Below are positions 12,201-25,365 of a stretch of DNA of 64,000 bases, one piece after another. The stretch lies in the NCBI GenBank assembly GCA_036172245.1, contig JAYWIR010000098.1:1-64000 (forward strand), given 5' to 3'. The notes beneath the pieces were generated by a model that searched no databases, was not told where the DNA came from, and was given only the letters and a program-made list of their open reading frames with translations. The translations under genes were made by a program, and so were the position numbers. Positions within the stretch are counted from its first letter, which is position 1; each line of letters opens with the position of its first letter. This stretch comes from Raillietiella orientalis (taxonomy: Eukaryota).

Positions 12201-14849
12201 GGAGGAAGAGACAATTAGCCTCGACGAGCCTTTTACCACCGGCGAAATTCTCGCCGGTATTAAAAGGCTCAAGAGGAGGAAAGCACCAGGAAAGGACGGC
12301 CTGCCCGCGGAGTGTTTCCAATGCTTCGCGACAGAGTTGGCAGCCCTAATGCTTCAGTTGACCAGGCTGATCCGAGACGAAGTTGATGTTTCCGCCTTGT
12401 TTCGGTTAGCCAGAGTGAGACTCCTCCCTAAGGGTGGAGACCTGAGAACATTGAACAATTGGCGTCATGTCACAATTGTGAACACGGATGCCAAGCTGAT
12501 TGCTGGACTGTGAGCTTCGCGTCTAGGACAGGTGGCAGACTCCATACTTACCTTGAAGCAGACATACGCTGTTCCCGGGCGAAGTATGGATGCCAACCTG
12601 TTCTTCGCGAGCACATGGTTCCATATGCAAAAATGTTACCATGAATCAGCGACAAGGATTGGCACCCGCACTTTGGGGCCGCAAGCAAGGCAAAAAACGA
12701 ACACCGGGGCAGGGAAGGGGGCCCTAGCGATCGCAGTCGATCTCCCCAAGGCGTTCGATCGCGTTGAGCAGGAGCTACTGTTGGAGATTCTAAGTCTCAT
12801 GGGCATTCCACCCTCTCTTCTCACCTACCTGCGCTCTTGCTGGCGGAATGCGCTAATCAATGTCTCCTTCAGCGGACAAACAACGTACGACTTGCCGGTG
12901 CGGCGAGGCATACGGCAGGGCGATAGCCTCAATCCCCTGCTCTTCAGCACCTACTTTGATTTGGTGCTGAGAGCGTACAGGGTGACTTTGGCTTCCTTGC
13001 CTAGCTCGTGCCCCGGCACGCCCGCAGTAGCTGCGTACGCCGACGATCTTCTGCTGATGTTGCTTATGTCCGCCCTGGCAGCCGCAGTCGAGGATTTCTT
13101 CGATCCGCTGTGCCGTGGGACTGGATTGCAGGTTAACAAGGCGAAGTCGTCGGTGGTACCGGTGGGTGCGACGTGGGATGGACGACTTGACTGGTTACGC
13201 ATGGGGATCCCCACGTTTAGGTACCTAAAGTACCTGCGTGTCCCTTTTGTGAAATTCTGCGTTGCAGAAGCCTGATCAGCTCGTCTCCAAAAGGTAGAGT
13301 TGGCAATCGGCCCGTTCCTGGAAGGCAAGTTCCTTCTGCCGGAACGGGCCGCGGTGTGTAACGCGTTCGCGGCTCTTATCCTCCGACGCATGCTGTTTGT
13401 GTGCCCCGTCCTCCGTGACCTAAAGAAGACGACTAAAGACCTTCTCCGCATCGCCCTCCGGGGCAGCGGGAGGCCTCGACCACCTCTTAAGGACATATGC
13501 GTTCCGCGTCGGGACGGTGGTCTTGGCCTCCTGACGCTGGAGCGCATGGAAATACAGCTGCGATGGCGCACCCTAGCCATCGCAGCAAAGACGTAAAACA
13601 CCCCCTGGTGCGTCCCGGCTCACATCCTCGCCAGCCATGTATCGAGGACGCAAGGACTCGCGTCTTTCCTTCTGTGCCCTGGTCGGAAGGTCAGGAGATG
13701 CGGCCTTCTCCTTGGGCGCATGGAATCCCTGGTGAGAGAAAACGTCTGGGCGGTATGCAGCCCCGCCAACTCCTCCGCTTGGCTGAAGGAATCCGTTGGG
13801 ACGTGATCCAATTTGAACTTCCAGACTGGACGTGAATGGAACCGCCTGCGACTCGGTCCCAACGCCTGCTGCACTCCATGGACCACTCTGGAGTGTCTCC
13901 CTAGGAGCACGTGGGCAGAAACCACTCGTTTGGCTTCGACGCTGCCCTTTCTGCAAAGGGCTCTAACCAGCGGCCGGACGCCGAAGTGGCACGTCTCCTG
14001 CCGTATCGCAGGCAGGAAAAAGAAATTGAGCGGTTGAACCATAGGTGAACTGGCAGATGCCACGACCCCGAGTGTCCTTCCGCGTGGACTTGTTAGATGC
14101 GGCAAGCTGCTCGGCATCCCGACGGATTACCTGAAGTGGCCCCCGGTATTAATCATATCAGGCTTCTTTTGCTAAAGTGGCAAGAGTCCAAACTGCTTCT
14201 TTTGCACTGGGGTTTACCCTGCAACGCGCGCCGGTTCCACTGGACGTGAGGAAGTGTAAGCCCTGAGTGTGCCAGGTGTGGGGAGCGGGAATTGCTCCTC
14301 TACCTTCTAGTTGACTGTGCTGCCATCCAACCCCTGTGGAATCGGTTCGGGACGACCCTCGGGCTCCCAATGGGCAGCGCGCCTAGAGACGTTCTTCGGC
14401 CCTTCTTCGTGCAGGACGTCCTGCAGCCCGCCGCATCCCTTGCAGCCCTCTGCTGCATCCGAGGCATCGTGGCGGCCTGGAGCGACATTTGCGACGAAGG
14501 AGTGGATGCCAACGAGTGGAAAATCATCCCGTATGCTGTGAGCTTCATGCGAAGAGCTGCGAAATGGCCCCATATGGGACGAACGCAGAAGGACCTAGAG
14601 GGCATCCTGCGAAGGATGGGACCTCTGCCTAGTGGATAGTGATCTCAACCCCTTCCTCCAAACTCCTTTTGTTTTTCTTTATTTTATTTCTTTTGTTTTC
14701 TCCCAAACTCCCCTCCACTGCCGAAGGGCGTCACGTTGGACTGCGTCCCGGCGTCCCGGCAGGTCGGGTGTTGTGCGTCCGTTAGTGGGACCTCATACCA
14801 CGTTTTTGTAGAGTTTCAATAAACGCCGAGGGCGTTCCCGGGAGGCAAC
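9230..14849 (+). mobile_element. Near full-length family A element (ORF1 9321-11075, ORF2 ~11075-14639, both disrupted)
   Basis: 5' GGACGTGTTTT at 9234, SWNVNG, YADD (~13035), C-terminal finger, AATAAA at 14818. Confidence 0.9.
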
Positions 14850-16480
14850 ACGAAATCCCCGGGGCAGGCGGTGCACAGGGAACTCGCAGTGCTCGCGAAC
14901 CAAGGCCTTCATGCGGTCCCAGTCTTGGAGATAACGGAGGATGACGCCTCCCAGTACTTGGCGGAGATGTTGCGCCGAACCTGAGATGCGCGTCCAGTTC
15001 CCGGGCAGGTGCCACGCCCTCGATGGTGGTTTTTTGTCGCGAGGCATAACCTCGAGTATCAACCGGAAATGGTCCCATAGCGTCGAAGGAAGTTTCCCTC
15101 GTCTGCCGACACTTGGGCACACGTCGGCGTCAAAAAAGACGTGGTCTACGCTTTGGACCATTTCCGGTAGGTCCCCCAACAAATTGCACGTGCGCATAGC
15201 AGCGCACAGCTCGTTGGCTGCGTCTTTTTGCCCGCAAGGTACACCTGAGAGAAGGTGGATGTTGAAATCCCCATCGATGAGATGCACTTTGCGTACGTTT
15301 GTATCCACCAGCCAGTCGCGCTTCAGGGTTTCGAGAAACTGGGAACGCTCCCCGTACCCGCATCCTCCGCTCAGAGCGTACACATTGGTCACGACAAGGT
15401 CGATCAATTCACCTAAGGATGAGCTGGACAACCGGACTGTCGTTGTCGAAGCGTACGTCCTTGACGAAGGCGGCGACTGCTGGCTTCATAAAAAAGGCGA
15501 CGCCACAGGTGCTGCAAGCACCGCATTGCTAAAACAGACGACCCCCTGCAATCCTCTCGATCTCCTGAGCGTTCTCCACGGTGATCACGTGGATCTCCTG
15601 CAGGAGCGCAAGGTCGAAGTCGCGCAGGGTGTCGGCCGTATCCCGCCTGTTGCCGTCGTCGCGCAGCCCGTTGACGTTCCAGCAGGCTACGCGGATCCTA
15701 CGGCGACAGGCGAGCCCAGGTGTAAATCCTGGGAAAGTGGCAATGGGTCTCCCGCCACCTGGTCGGGCGGGACGCTGTTAGGAGGGGATGCGTCGCGCAT
15801 TGCTTCTCCCTCCTCAATGGGGGCCTTGTCTTCGTCAGGGCCGTGCAGAGGAAGGGGGGTTTCACCCACCTGTACTTCCTCCTCCATGGGGATCGCCAGC
15901 TGCACGGTGTCGAGAAATAAGAGATTCTCACCCTCGCCTCCCACGCTGCTGGCTTTCCCTTCGGGTGCCAGTTGATCCTCCTCCTTCTTGATCCGTATGC
16001 GCCTCCTGGGATTCTAGGACTTGCGTCCCGTCTTCTTTGGTGACGCCTCCGTTGTGTAGGACGCACTTTTGGCATCCGGTTCGGTCTCATCTGCATCCGG
16101 AGACTTCCTTGCAGCCGGCCTTTGTAAGTTTTTTCGGGAGTTCTTCTCACGGCCTTGCAGTTCTGCCTCGAGGTCTTCCGCCGCCTGCAGGGAGGCGGCC
16201 TCCTCGATCGCGTCGAGCGCGGCGCGCGGTTCCCCCTCGGTTCCCCCGGAAGGGAAATTTCTGTCGCAGCTTCGGCGGACGCGAGGGGAAGATTGCAACC
16301 CCGGTGTCGACATCGAGTGCCACCACACGCTCTAATTTTACAGAATAAGCGCGAAAGTTTTCGCGCCACGGTTTTTCGCGCTGCGTTTTTGTTTTCACCG
16401 CGTTTTGCTCGGGACTATCGGGCTTTCTCCTGGCCTGTACCGTCTGCCAGCCATTTAGGCAGTCGGCCTTAACAACACGA
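14850..16480 (-). pseudogene. ORF1 C-terminus plus APE; 5' part of the element continuing at 9229-7101
   Basis: PMEE repeats, CWNVNG, NVYA, GDFN; reading stops at PRGF and resumes as RNERAY at ~9229. Confidence 0.8.
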
Positions 16481-16489
16481 GCACCAGGG

Positions 16490-17323
16490 TGGCCAGCGCT
16501 TCCGCGAAGCACTGAAAGAACTCCGCGGGCAAGCCGTCCTCCCCTGCGCCATACGCCTCTTGAGCCTTTTGATACCGGCGAGAATTTCGCCGGTAGTAAA
16601 AGGCTCGTCGCGGCTTACCGACTCCTCTTCCCCTATTGCCGGGGCACCATCCAGGAGCTAGCGCCGAAAGGCAAATTGGTCCGGAGGCGTCCTGGCGTAG
16701 CGGCATGAATAAAATCTCCGCACGAGATGCCGTACCGACGCCGGGGACGAACATTCCCGGCCCTGGTAGTCCAGCAGTCCGGCCGATTCGGATTGCCAGG
16801 CTTGGCGTTCGGCCCCAGCGGGGTACTGGGCCAGGCGACAAACATTAGGGGTTCTCTAGTAAAGACGGATCTGTAAATAAGCTTGATGGTTGCGAGGACC
16901 CTCGCGAAATCGAGGAAGCAAACGATCCAGGGGGAACTGCTCGCAGAACTCGCGTACTGATTCCCTAATAGTTCCATGTCCTCAAGATTCCAGAGCGTGA
17001 CGCTTCCCAGGTATTCGCGAAGGTGTACCTTTGCACTTGAGAGTCGCGTCCAGTCACAAGGGAGACGCCAGTCCCTGGATGGCGGTCCCTTGTCGTGAGG
17101 CCGCATCTCGAAAATTAGCCCGGAATGGTCCGAAAGCGTCGAGGCAATCTTCCCCCATTTGCCGACCCGTGAATACAGCTCAGCGTCGAGGAAGACGTGG
17201 TCGAGGCTGCGGACTATTCATCTCTCACACGCGAACAAGTTGCGCGCACGCATAGCGGCGTACAACTCGTTCCTCGCGTTCTCTTGTATTTCTGGCTCAC
17301 CTGTTAGAAGGCGAAAAATAAAA
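16490..17323 (-). pseudogene. APE C-half, linker and RT start; continuation of element 23233-25365
   Basis: Begins RLLTGEPE, the sequence that follows GDFN; GEDGLPAEFFQC at ~16510-16545. Confidence 0.75.
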
Positions 17324-20300
17324 TTTATCACCCGGTCACGCCGGAACGTTTATTAATAATAATAAACTGGTCAGGGACAATGTCCTTAACCAACAGAAAG
17401 ACAGAGAACATAGAAAAATTACCGGCACGCAGGCCTGGTAAACAAACCGCTCGCAGCGTGGGAGGAATCAGGGGAAAAAAACAAAAATCAAAAACTGGAG
17501 GGAAGGGTAACGGGTTTTTGGTTAGGCTCCGTACTCACGGGGATTTAAACGATGAGCACCTGAAATGTTCCGAAGCCTATGGGGACGCGGGTGTTAAAAG
17601 AAAATACAAATTTAGTTTATGGAGGGTAGGGCAATGATCACCGGGTTGGCCGCTGCTGAGGATGTGTAAACGGGCGGTGTATTGCGGCGAGATTCCTTTT
17701 TGTCTCCTCTGTCAAATGAGGCCATCCAGCGGATGCTCCTATGTTGAAGGATGCTTTGCTGATTACCTCTTGGTGCTGTCCGTTGATTACCAACGCCTGG
17801 CGGACGCAAACTATCGCGCGTATGCAACTGATGGTTGCAATCCTTTGGCTTAGTGACAGCCCGCTCGGCGTGAAGAATCGTCGCAGCAAGTCTCTTGCGG
17901 TGTCCACGGGATGCATTAGTGCTGTTGCCAGCCTACGCCACAGTCCTTGTAGGACACCGCAGTCCAGAAGTAGGTGCGGAATCGACTCCGTCGATCCGCA
18001 TTAAACGCAGTTCGCAGGCGCAAGTCCCCCGGAGTCACAATGCCAACGCTCGTTGCACTGAAAACCCCAGTGAACGAGAAGCAGCACGGCTTGTTTCCAA
18101 GCAAGGGGGAGCAGGGAACTGTCAATACACTGTGGAGGGACTACAAGTTCTTCGGGGGTGACAGCAAGTTCTTCTGCCCACCGGAGGACTCCCTTTGCAG
18201 TAACAGGAGGAGTGGCGCCATCCGCCAACTCACTTGTCTTCCAGGTGCCAAGGAGTTTGGTTTTTCCCGCTATCGTGCAGAAGACCTCCCACCTCGCCGG
18301 TTGGAAACTGTCGTTTCTTGCCCTGAGGGCAGACAGCGCTGCGGCAAGAGGCGTGGCAGCCAGGGTAGAAAACTTCACCTCGTCCTGCAGTACTTCTTCC
18401 AAGGATCGTGGAAAAAGTCTGCGCAAGGGGCGAAGATCTTCAGGGCGTATTCCTTGGAACGCCGCCCAGGATTCAACAGACTCCTGCCGCCAAACTTCAA
18501 AGTTCATTGGGCGGCAGGAGATCCACGAGTGTGCTTCCAGAAGTGCGGTCAACTGCCGCAATGGAAACCCGAAACCCCGCTTCCTGTATTGAGTGCCCGG
18601 CAAAAGCGAGAGAAATCCTCCGCTGCCGGCGCATCTTCGCAGGAGAATGCGGGCTGGCACACACAGGGGGGGATGTCCATAGCTGGGCACACAGTGCCAG
18701 CAGTCGGAACTGCACCTGCAGTCCGATTCGCTCCATTGTCAGGATACCCAAACCAGCATCCCGACGCGGAGCTGACAAATCTTTAAGGCGGATCCTGGAT
18801 CTCGCCGGACCCTTGAGAGCGTTCCTAAGCAGGCGCTTAGCCCGCTGTTTCGCCGCAAAGGGGGGGTCCGAAGCAAAACACAGGGGACGGAGGAGGGGGG
18901 CCACAAAGGTGTTCCAAATAGTCGCCCGTTCCTGCAAGGTAAACTTGCCGTTAAAGAACGGGCTGATGGCCAACTCTACTTTCTGAAGACAGTCCGCCCA
19001 CGCTTCGGCTGCGCCGAAAGCGCCCAACGGAACGCCAAGGTACTTAAAGTACCCGTCCGTGGGGATCCCCAGGCGGATCCAGTCGGACTGCTTCTCCCAC
19101 GACGTACCTAAAGGAACGACCACGCTCTTCTCTCTGTTCAGGCTCACGCCCGCTCCTTGACAAATCAGGTCGAAGTAATCCTCGACACTGGACGCCGGGG
19201 TGGACATGGGGAGCAGAGGAAGCAGGTCATCAGCGTAGGCGGCCACGGCAGGCGTTCCCGGGCAGGAGCTTGGCAAGTGCGACAGCGTCTGCCTGTATGC
19301 TCTTAGCATGAACTCAAAGAAGATGCTGAAGAGCAACGGGCTTGAGCTGTCGCCCTGTCGGATGCACCTACGAACGGGAATACCATACACGCGGCAGCCG
19401 CTGAAAGTAATGCAGGTTAGCGCGTGGCGTCAGCACGCGCGCAAATACAGCAGGAGTTGCGCTGGTAACCCAAGGCGTTCCATAAGCTCCAAAAGCAGCT
19501 TCTGGTTTACGCAGTCGAACACCTTGCGGAGATCGACCGCGACCGCCAAGGCACCTGGCGTTCCCTCCTGCCGTCGGCGCCTGTTCTTCTTGCCTGCGGC
19601 AGTGACTTTCACAGCAGCCTGGCTTTGCTGCGCCACAACCTCCTGCAGCTGCATCCATGTACGCGCGAAAAGGATGTTCGCCTCCATGGATCGTCCCGGA
19701 ACCGCGTAGGTTTGTTCCGGGCTCAGCACAGATTCCGCGATACTTCCTTACCGCGCGAACCACAGCTTGGAATACAAGTTGACGTCCGAGTTCAGCAAGG
19801 TGATCGGACGCCAGTTGTTAAGTTGACGCAAGTCTCCGCCTTTCGGCAGGAGACGCACCTTCGCTGAGCGGAAGGAATCCGGGACATTCCCGGATTCACC
19901 CATCACTGTAGCTAGTCTCAGCATCAAGAGAATGAGCTCCACTTCAAAGCACTGATAAAACTCTGCAGGGAGCCCATCCTCGAATGGCGCCTTCCGTCTC
20001 TTCAGCACAGCAATGGCCGACGAAAATTCATCCGCCGTTAAGGGCTCGTTGAGACCATCGCGTTCCTTCTCGCCGACAACACGATCATCCTGACACAGTT
20101 GTATCTCAGAGAGAATATTCTCCGTTGGAGATTCCGCGTACAGCGAGGAGTAGTAGCGTCTCACAATGCGGCGTACTTCAGCTGAAGCCGAACATTCCTT
20201 GCCCTTGTCGTCCAGCAGGCATGCTGCTCCGGCCTGCCAGACCTGGCGCTCGGCCCTCGCCTTGTACTCCGCGAGACGCCCGACATCCGCGCGTCTCGAA

Positions 20301-23232
20301 AACGTGCGGGCCTGCAGAAAGTCTCTACCGTTGGCCACGCCCTCTCCAAAACCGGTGGAAGCCGGTGGAAGGGGAATTGGCAGCCGTGCTCGCGGACAGA
20401 TCTTTTGAGATCGTCCCAGTCAGCAAGTTCTTGAATAGCAAAGCCTCGGAGCTATCCACATAGATGCTCCGCAGCCTCCGGTTTGCTAAGTCAATCTGCC
20501 TGCATCCTCCAGTTTTGCAACAAAGGCCCCCTGCTTCACGTAACGATCTCAAACTCCAACCTGTGGTGGTCAGAGTGCCTAGTCAACAATCTTCCTGTCC
20601 TACCCACACGCGAATGCAGGTTTTCATCGAGGAAAACGTGATCTAGCCTTCTTTCCATTTCAGGTTTGCTGACCATCAAGTTGGCGGCGTGCACGAACGC
20701 GCACATCTCCATGAGCTGCGCGTGCTCCCTCGGGCGGCTCCAATCGTCGGAAAGCAGGCGGACGTTGAAGTCCCCAGCAACGAGGTGCGCCACTTGGAAG
20801 CCGGAGTTGTTGGAGCAGTGACTCTGCACCTCACCAAAGAAAGCTACTATTTCTTCGAGGTAGCGAGAGCCACTCGGCGCGTAGACGTTCGTAACGACGA
20901 GATCGATGGACTCGGACCACTTGATGACAAGCTGGCCTATCCGTCCGTCCTCATCGAAACGAAGATTACGCACCGCTTCCGCCATTTTTCCTCTTACGAG
21001 GAACGCGACGCCGCACGTGTGTGCGCCGCCGCACCGCCAATGTAGCGTTCCGCCTGCGCGCCCCTCGATTTCGGCTGCCTGCTCGTCGGAGATTACGTGA
21101 ATCTCCTGCAGCAGCGCGAGGTCGAAGGGGCGCAGGTCGTTGGCTACTAATCGCCTCTTCTCGTCGTTCTGTACTCCGTTCACGTTCCAACACGTTACGG
21201 ACAGACGACGAGAAGACAAGATTCCATGCATTACTGCTGAGAAGGTTGCGGCTTTTTGCTCGCTTTATCCGGCGAGCAGACGGCGAGCAGCACGACTGGC
21301 TGGAGGGGACGGTCGCCACCGTCCTCTGTCGTGCTGCATGCATGTAATGCCTCCACGCCAGGCTTAACCCCGTCGGGTTTCGTGGAGACTTCGCGTGGCT
21401 CCGCGGCTAGGGTTGCCTGGCTGCCTACTTTTGATCAGCGCGCACACGCTTTCGAACGAGTTATCCTCGTCTCGGTGATCGGAACGGCATCCATTTCGGA
21501 GTCCGACCGGCGCATGTTCGATCGGGTTTCGGCCTTCTGCGAAGTAGTGACAGGTTCTGCTGGATTGACAGCTGTCCTGTTATCTTTTTTCGTCTCCAGA
21601 ATATAGCTTTTGGTGACGGCTGCTTTCCCGGCGCGCGCGTTTTCAGCGTGCTCATGCGCAGTTGTACGAGGGACCTTTGCTAAAGGCTTCTTTACTTCAT
21701 TACGGTTCCTTGCTTCGCGTGGTGCCGTAAATGGAGATTGTGCTCCATTGCCATCTTTGTAGCCATCCGCGTCTTTAAACGGAAGCACTTTCGATGGCTC
21801 CGACACGCTCGTCATGGACGCTGCCTTCGGAAGAACCTTAATACCCTTCGTTGGCATGGCATCCGCGCAAGTCGAGAGCTTGCTCTCCGACTGCGACGGC
21901 GTGAGATTTTTCTCCGCTTTCGCGGTGTTGGATCGCGACGCGGATTTTTTTTTGCCGACTTTCGAAGTCGACACGGCACAACCCTTCTTACCCGATTTGG
22001 GCTTCTCAGCCACTGCAGGAGGTAAATGAATGGATCTGACGGTACTGGAAGTGTCGTTACCGCCGTTGTCCATTGGCGTCCCCGCCGGTTGCCCGAACTC
22101 CAAGAGAGCCGGGCGTGCTTGGGAAAGACAGCTATTGAGCCTAGGGGGACTTATTCTTGCCCCGGATTCCCCGCACGCTTTCTTTTGCGGCTCATCTGCC
22201 TCGAGAGGGGGTGCGCAGGGTTTCGCGTGCGAGGTTCCCTGTTGGTTTCGGGCGACATTCCGCCTGGCGTTTTTACCGAATTTCTGCCGTGGGGTCTCCA
22301 GGTTTTTCGCAGATTTTTTCTTTTTATCCGCGCTTTGTTTTCTACGATGGAGCTCTACGGCTGCCTTTTTTCGCAAAAGATCCGGGCAGTTTTTCAATTG
22401 GTGCCCGGATAGTTTGCAATAACGGCATTTTTCAGAGGGGCATTTATCCAAACAATTCCCCTCCTTCCCGCATTGCTCGCACGTTCTTACTTTGCCCACG
22501 AACCACAGGTGGACGACCGTGTCTTTCACCTGATGTTTGGTGGGCAGCAGACGGCGGTCCGGCATTGAGAGCCGGACTCCAGCGACTGCGCTGTGTATGG
22601 ACGGGAAGTCCTTGAGGTTGCTACGCACCCTCCACAGCGCATGGACCGTGGCGAATTTCGCCAACGCGTTCCGAATATCAGTATCGGAGATTTCCGTCTC
22701 GATGTCGAAAATCTCCGCCACAAATGAGTCGTCCATGGCGGCCGGGAAGACCTTCTGGCCACGGATCGACAACGGGGTGCGCAACAAGCGTTGCACAAGT
22801 GCAGCGTCTTTGCAACGCACCTTCAAATAGCAAATGTCTTTTACGGGCATAATGGCGAGAAGGTCCTCCTCCCGCACGCCAACACGGGTCAGTTCATCGT
22901 TGAACTGATTCTTGTCGTGCGCAAAAAGACAACCACTCACCTTATATCGGAGAGCATGTCTATAGCGTTCTGCTACGTATGCCCGCAACTCCGACTCGTC
23001 GAGTGGTTTCCTTTTGACGGCTGCTGTGGCAGCAACGTCAGCAAAACTCCTCTTCATTGGCGAGAAAGACGAAGTGGAGGCGGCCGTCGGTTCTGCGATT
23101 GCAGATCCGGATGCTGTTCCTTCAACTTCAGTAGCTTAAAGTTGGGTCGACATCGTCGTCAAAAAGTAGGACGCCAAGATGAAACGGATGAAAGCACGGA
23201 GACGAGAGCGAAGAAAAACACGTCCGCACTCG
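17324..23232 (-). mobile_element. Full-length family A element (ORF2 ~21231-17638, disrupted) inserted in sense orientation at the GDFN codons of another element
   Basis: 5' GAGTGCGGACGTGTTTTT, CWNVNG, GDFN, SDH, YADD (~19230), AATAAA plus hairpin at 17324-17354. Confidence 0.9.
21435..23057 (-). CDS. ORF1 gag-like nucleic-acid-binding protein (540 aa open; true ORF probably extends on both sides)
   Basis: SFADV N-terminal motif, probable RRM-like region, CEQCGKEGNCLDKC and CRYCKLSGHQLKNC, basic disordered tail. Confidence 0.75.
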   Translation of the reverse strand: MKRSFADVAATAAVKRKPLDESELRAYVAERYRHALRYKVSGCLFAHDKNQFNDELTRVGVREEDLLAIMPVKDICYLKVRCKDAALVQRLLRTPLSIRGQKVFPAAMDDSFVAEIFDIETEISDTDIRNALAKFATVHALWRVRSNLKDFPSIHSAVAGVRLSMPDRRLLPTKHQVKDTVVHLWFVGKVRTCEQCGKEGNCLDKCPSEKCRYCKLSGHQLKNCPDLLRKKAAVELHRRKQSADKKKKSAKNLETPRQKFGKNARRNVARNQQGTSHAKPCAPPLEADEPQKKACGESGARISPPRLNSCLSQARPALLEFGQPAGTPMDNGGNDTSSTVRSIHLPPAVAEKPKSGKKGCAVSTSKVGKKKSASRSNTAKAEKNLTPSQSESKLSTCADAMPTKGIKVLPKAASMTSVSEPSKVLPFKDADGYKDGNGAQSPFTAPREARNRNEVKKPLAKVPRTTAHEHAENARAGKAAVTKSYILETKKDNRTAVNPAEPVTTSQKAETRSNMRRSDSEMDAVPITETRITRSKACAR

Positions 23233-25365
23233 ATTGAAATCTCCCGCTATCAGGTGAGCCTTTCGCACATCGGTATCCGCCAGCCAGTCGCGTTTCAGGG
23301 TTTCCAGCAGCCTGGTGCGGTCGCGGTACCCCTGTTTGCCGCTGGGGCCATACACGTTTGTGACGATTAGGTCGATCGAGTCGCACCAGCTGAGAGTCAG
23401 CTGACCGATCCGACCGTCGTCATCAAACCGCACGCCCTTTACGGCAGCGTCGATGGCCGGCTTCACGAAGAACGCGCCCCGCAGGTGTTTCGAAGGCCGC
23501 ATCGATAATACAACCGACCCCCCGCGATCGTCTCGATCTCCTGGGCGTCTGCCGCGGTGATCACGTGGATCTCCTGCAGCAGCGCCAGGTCGAGCTCACA
23601 CAGGGTGTCGGCCGTATCTCGCCTGTTGCCGTCGTCGCGCAGCCCGTTGACGTTCCAAGAGGCCGCGCAAATCCGACAGCGACTGGCGAGGCCAGGTGTT
23701 AGTCCTGGGAAAACAAGGATGCGGCGTCCGCCACCTGCTTGGGCAGGACGCTAGGTGGAGGGGGAGGGCGCACAGGTACTGAAGGCATCTGTTCCTCCTC
23801 CTCCATCGGTGCCGGCGCGTCGGGCCGATCACCCTCAGGTGGAGTCGCGCCTACCTGTTCGCCCTCCTCCATGGGTTCGGGCTGCTCAGGTTTCCCGAGT
23901 GGATGGAGGACTTCACCCCCCTGCTCACCCTCTTCCATGGGGGTGGCCGACTCGACGGCTTCCGGGCGTGGGTGTTCCCCTCCGGGATTCCCACGCTGCC
24001 GCTTCCTTCCGGCTTCTCCTCCTCGATGGTGGAGGGGAGGCGCCTCCTGGGTTTCTGGGACTTGCGTCCCGACTTCCTGGCGGGTGCCTCCTAGAAGAAG
24101 GATCCGCTTCCGGCCCCCAGGTCGCACTCATTTGCGGGGGCCTTCTTCGTCGGAGCCGACCTGCGTACTCCCTTGCGCGACGGGGTTTCGTGCTCGGCGA
24201 GCGTTGCTGCGAGGTCCTCCGGCGCTTTCTCGAAGGCCGCGTCTTCGCCAGCGGCGACCGTTGCCGCAGGCTGCTCCGCGACCTTATCGAGCGCGGCGTC
24301 ATCGCTGACGGCGAACGTTGCCGGGGGCTCCTCCGCGACTTTATCGAGCGCGGCGTCCTGGCTGTCGGCGCGCGAGTCTCGCGTCTCACCCTCTAAACGT
24401 AAAATGGGCTGGTCCACGCGAGCATTCATCGCGTCCGTATCAGCTGTTTGCTGAACATTGCCGCGGGCGGCCTCGGCAGGAACGGCTAAGCGTTCCAGTG
24501 CCACCGGGCATTCGCGGAGTTGTTTTTTTTTTGAAAGTGGCGCGGCTTTTTTCTTTTTGACGGCAGTTTTCTTCTCCGACTTTTCTTCTAACAACACTTC
24601 CTTTTTTTTTTCTTTTCTGGCCTGAATTAGCTGCCAACCCTTCTTTATTTCCGCGTTCACGGGAGCGCTTTCCCAAGACGCCTGTACGGGAGGAAGGGAG
24701 GCTGGCAGTCGGGAACGGCCATTTTCGCGAGCTGGTCTTACTACCAGCTTTTCACGTTTTCCCTGCGCCTTTTTGGCGGCAGGAGGAACCGGGGTGAGGC
24801 GCTTGTGGCACACGCGCCGAACGTAACCCTTTTCGCCGCATAGGTGGCACACAAGGTGCAGGCACCTTTTTCGTAGATGCCCTACTGCATTGCAGTAGCA
24901 ACAAAATTGGCGTTTCCCCACGTACCAGAGGTCCACCGCTTCTTGGCAGACCTCCAGCTCGTAGGGAAGCGCACCACCCTCTTTTACTGTGATACGCGCC
25001 GCAGCTTGACCTCCGAAAAGGCTATTGTAGCCTTGGAAAATCGTGGACTGCGGCCACAACGCGAGCACTTCTCCGTTCTTTTGTAGCTGTTCTCGAACCG
25101 CTGACCTCGTCATGCGACTGCAGATCCCAGTGAGATGGACCACCACCGAGCGGTCCATCGTTATCGGCAAGATCTTCCCACCATCAACGATCAGCGGGTC
25201 GGTGATCATGCGTCGGGCCAAGGTGATATCTTTGCATACCACCTCTACCCACTGGCAACGCTGCCATCGGACACCGACGATGTGCACGCCAAACCACTTA
25301 GCAAGAAACCACTCGCCTTGCCACGCAAACGGAGCGCAGGAAAAGCACGTCCTCTCTCTACAGAG
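23233..25365 (-). mobile_element. Family A element, 5' part: 5' UTR, ORF1 with ~320 bp deletion at ~25250, APE up to GDFN
   Basis: Close direct copy of 40059-42250; two knuckles; SWNVNG. Confidence 0.85.
24220..24362 (-). repeat. 57-bp coding tandem repeat (~2.5-3 copies, DAALDKVAE...), also at ~40790-40938
   Basis: TTATCGAGCGCGGCGTC at 24284 and 24341. Confidence 0.85.

Noticed and set aside
14941..15975. Long antisense or alternative-frame ORFs (also 30461-31879, 35818-36729, 17974-18786)
   Set aside because: Shadow frames of GC-rich ORF1/ORF2 with no motifs and no conservation between copies.
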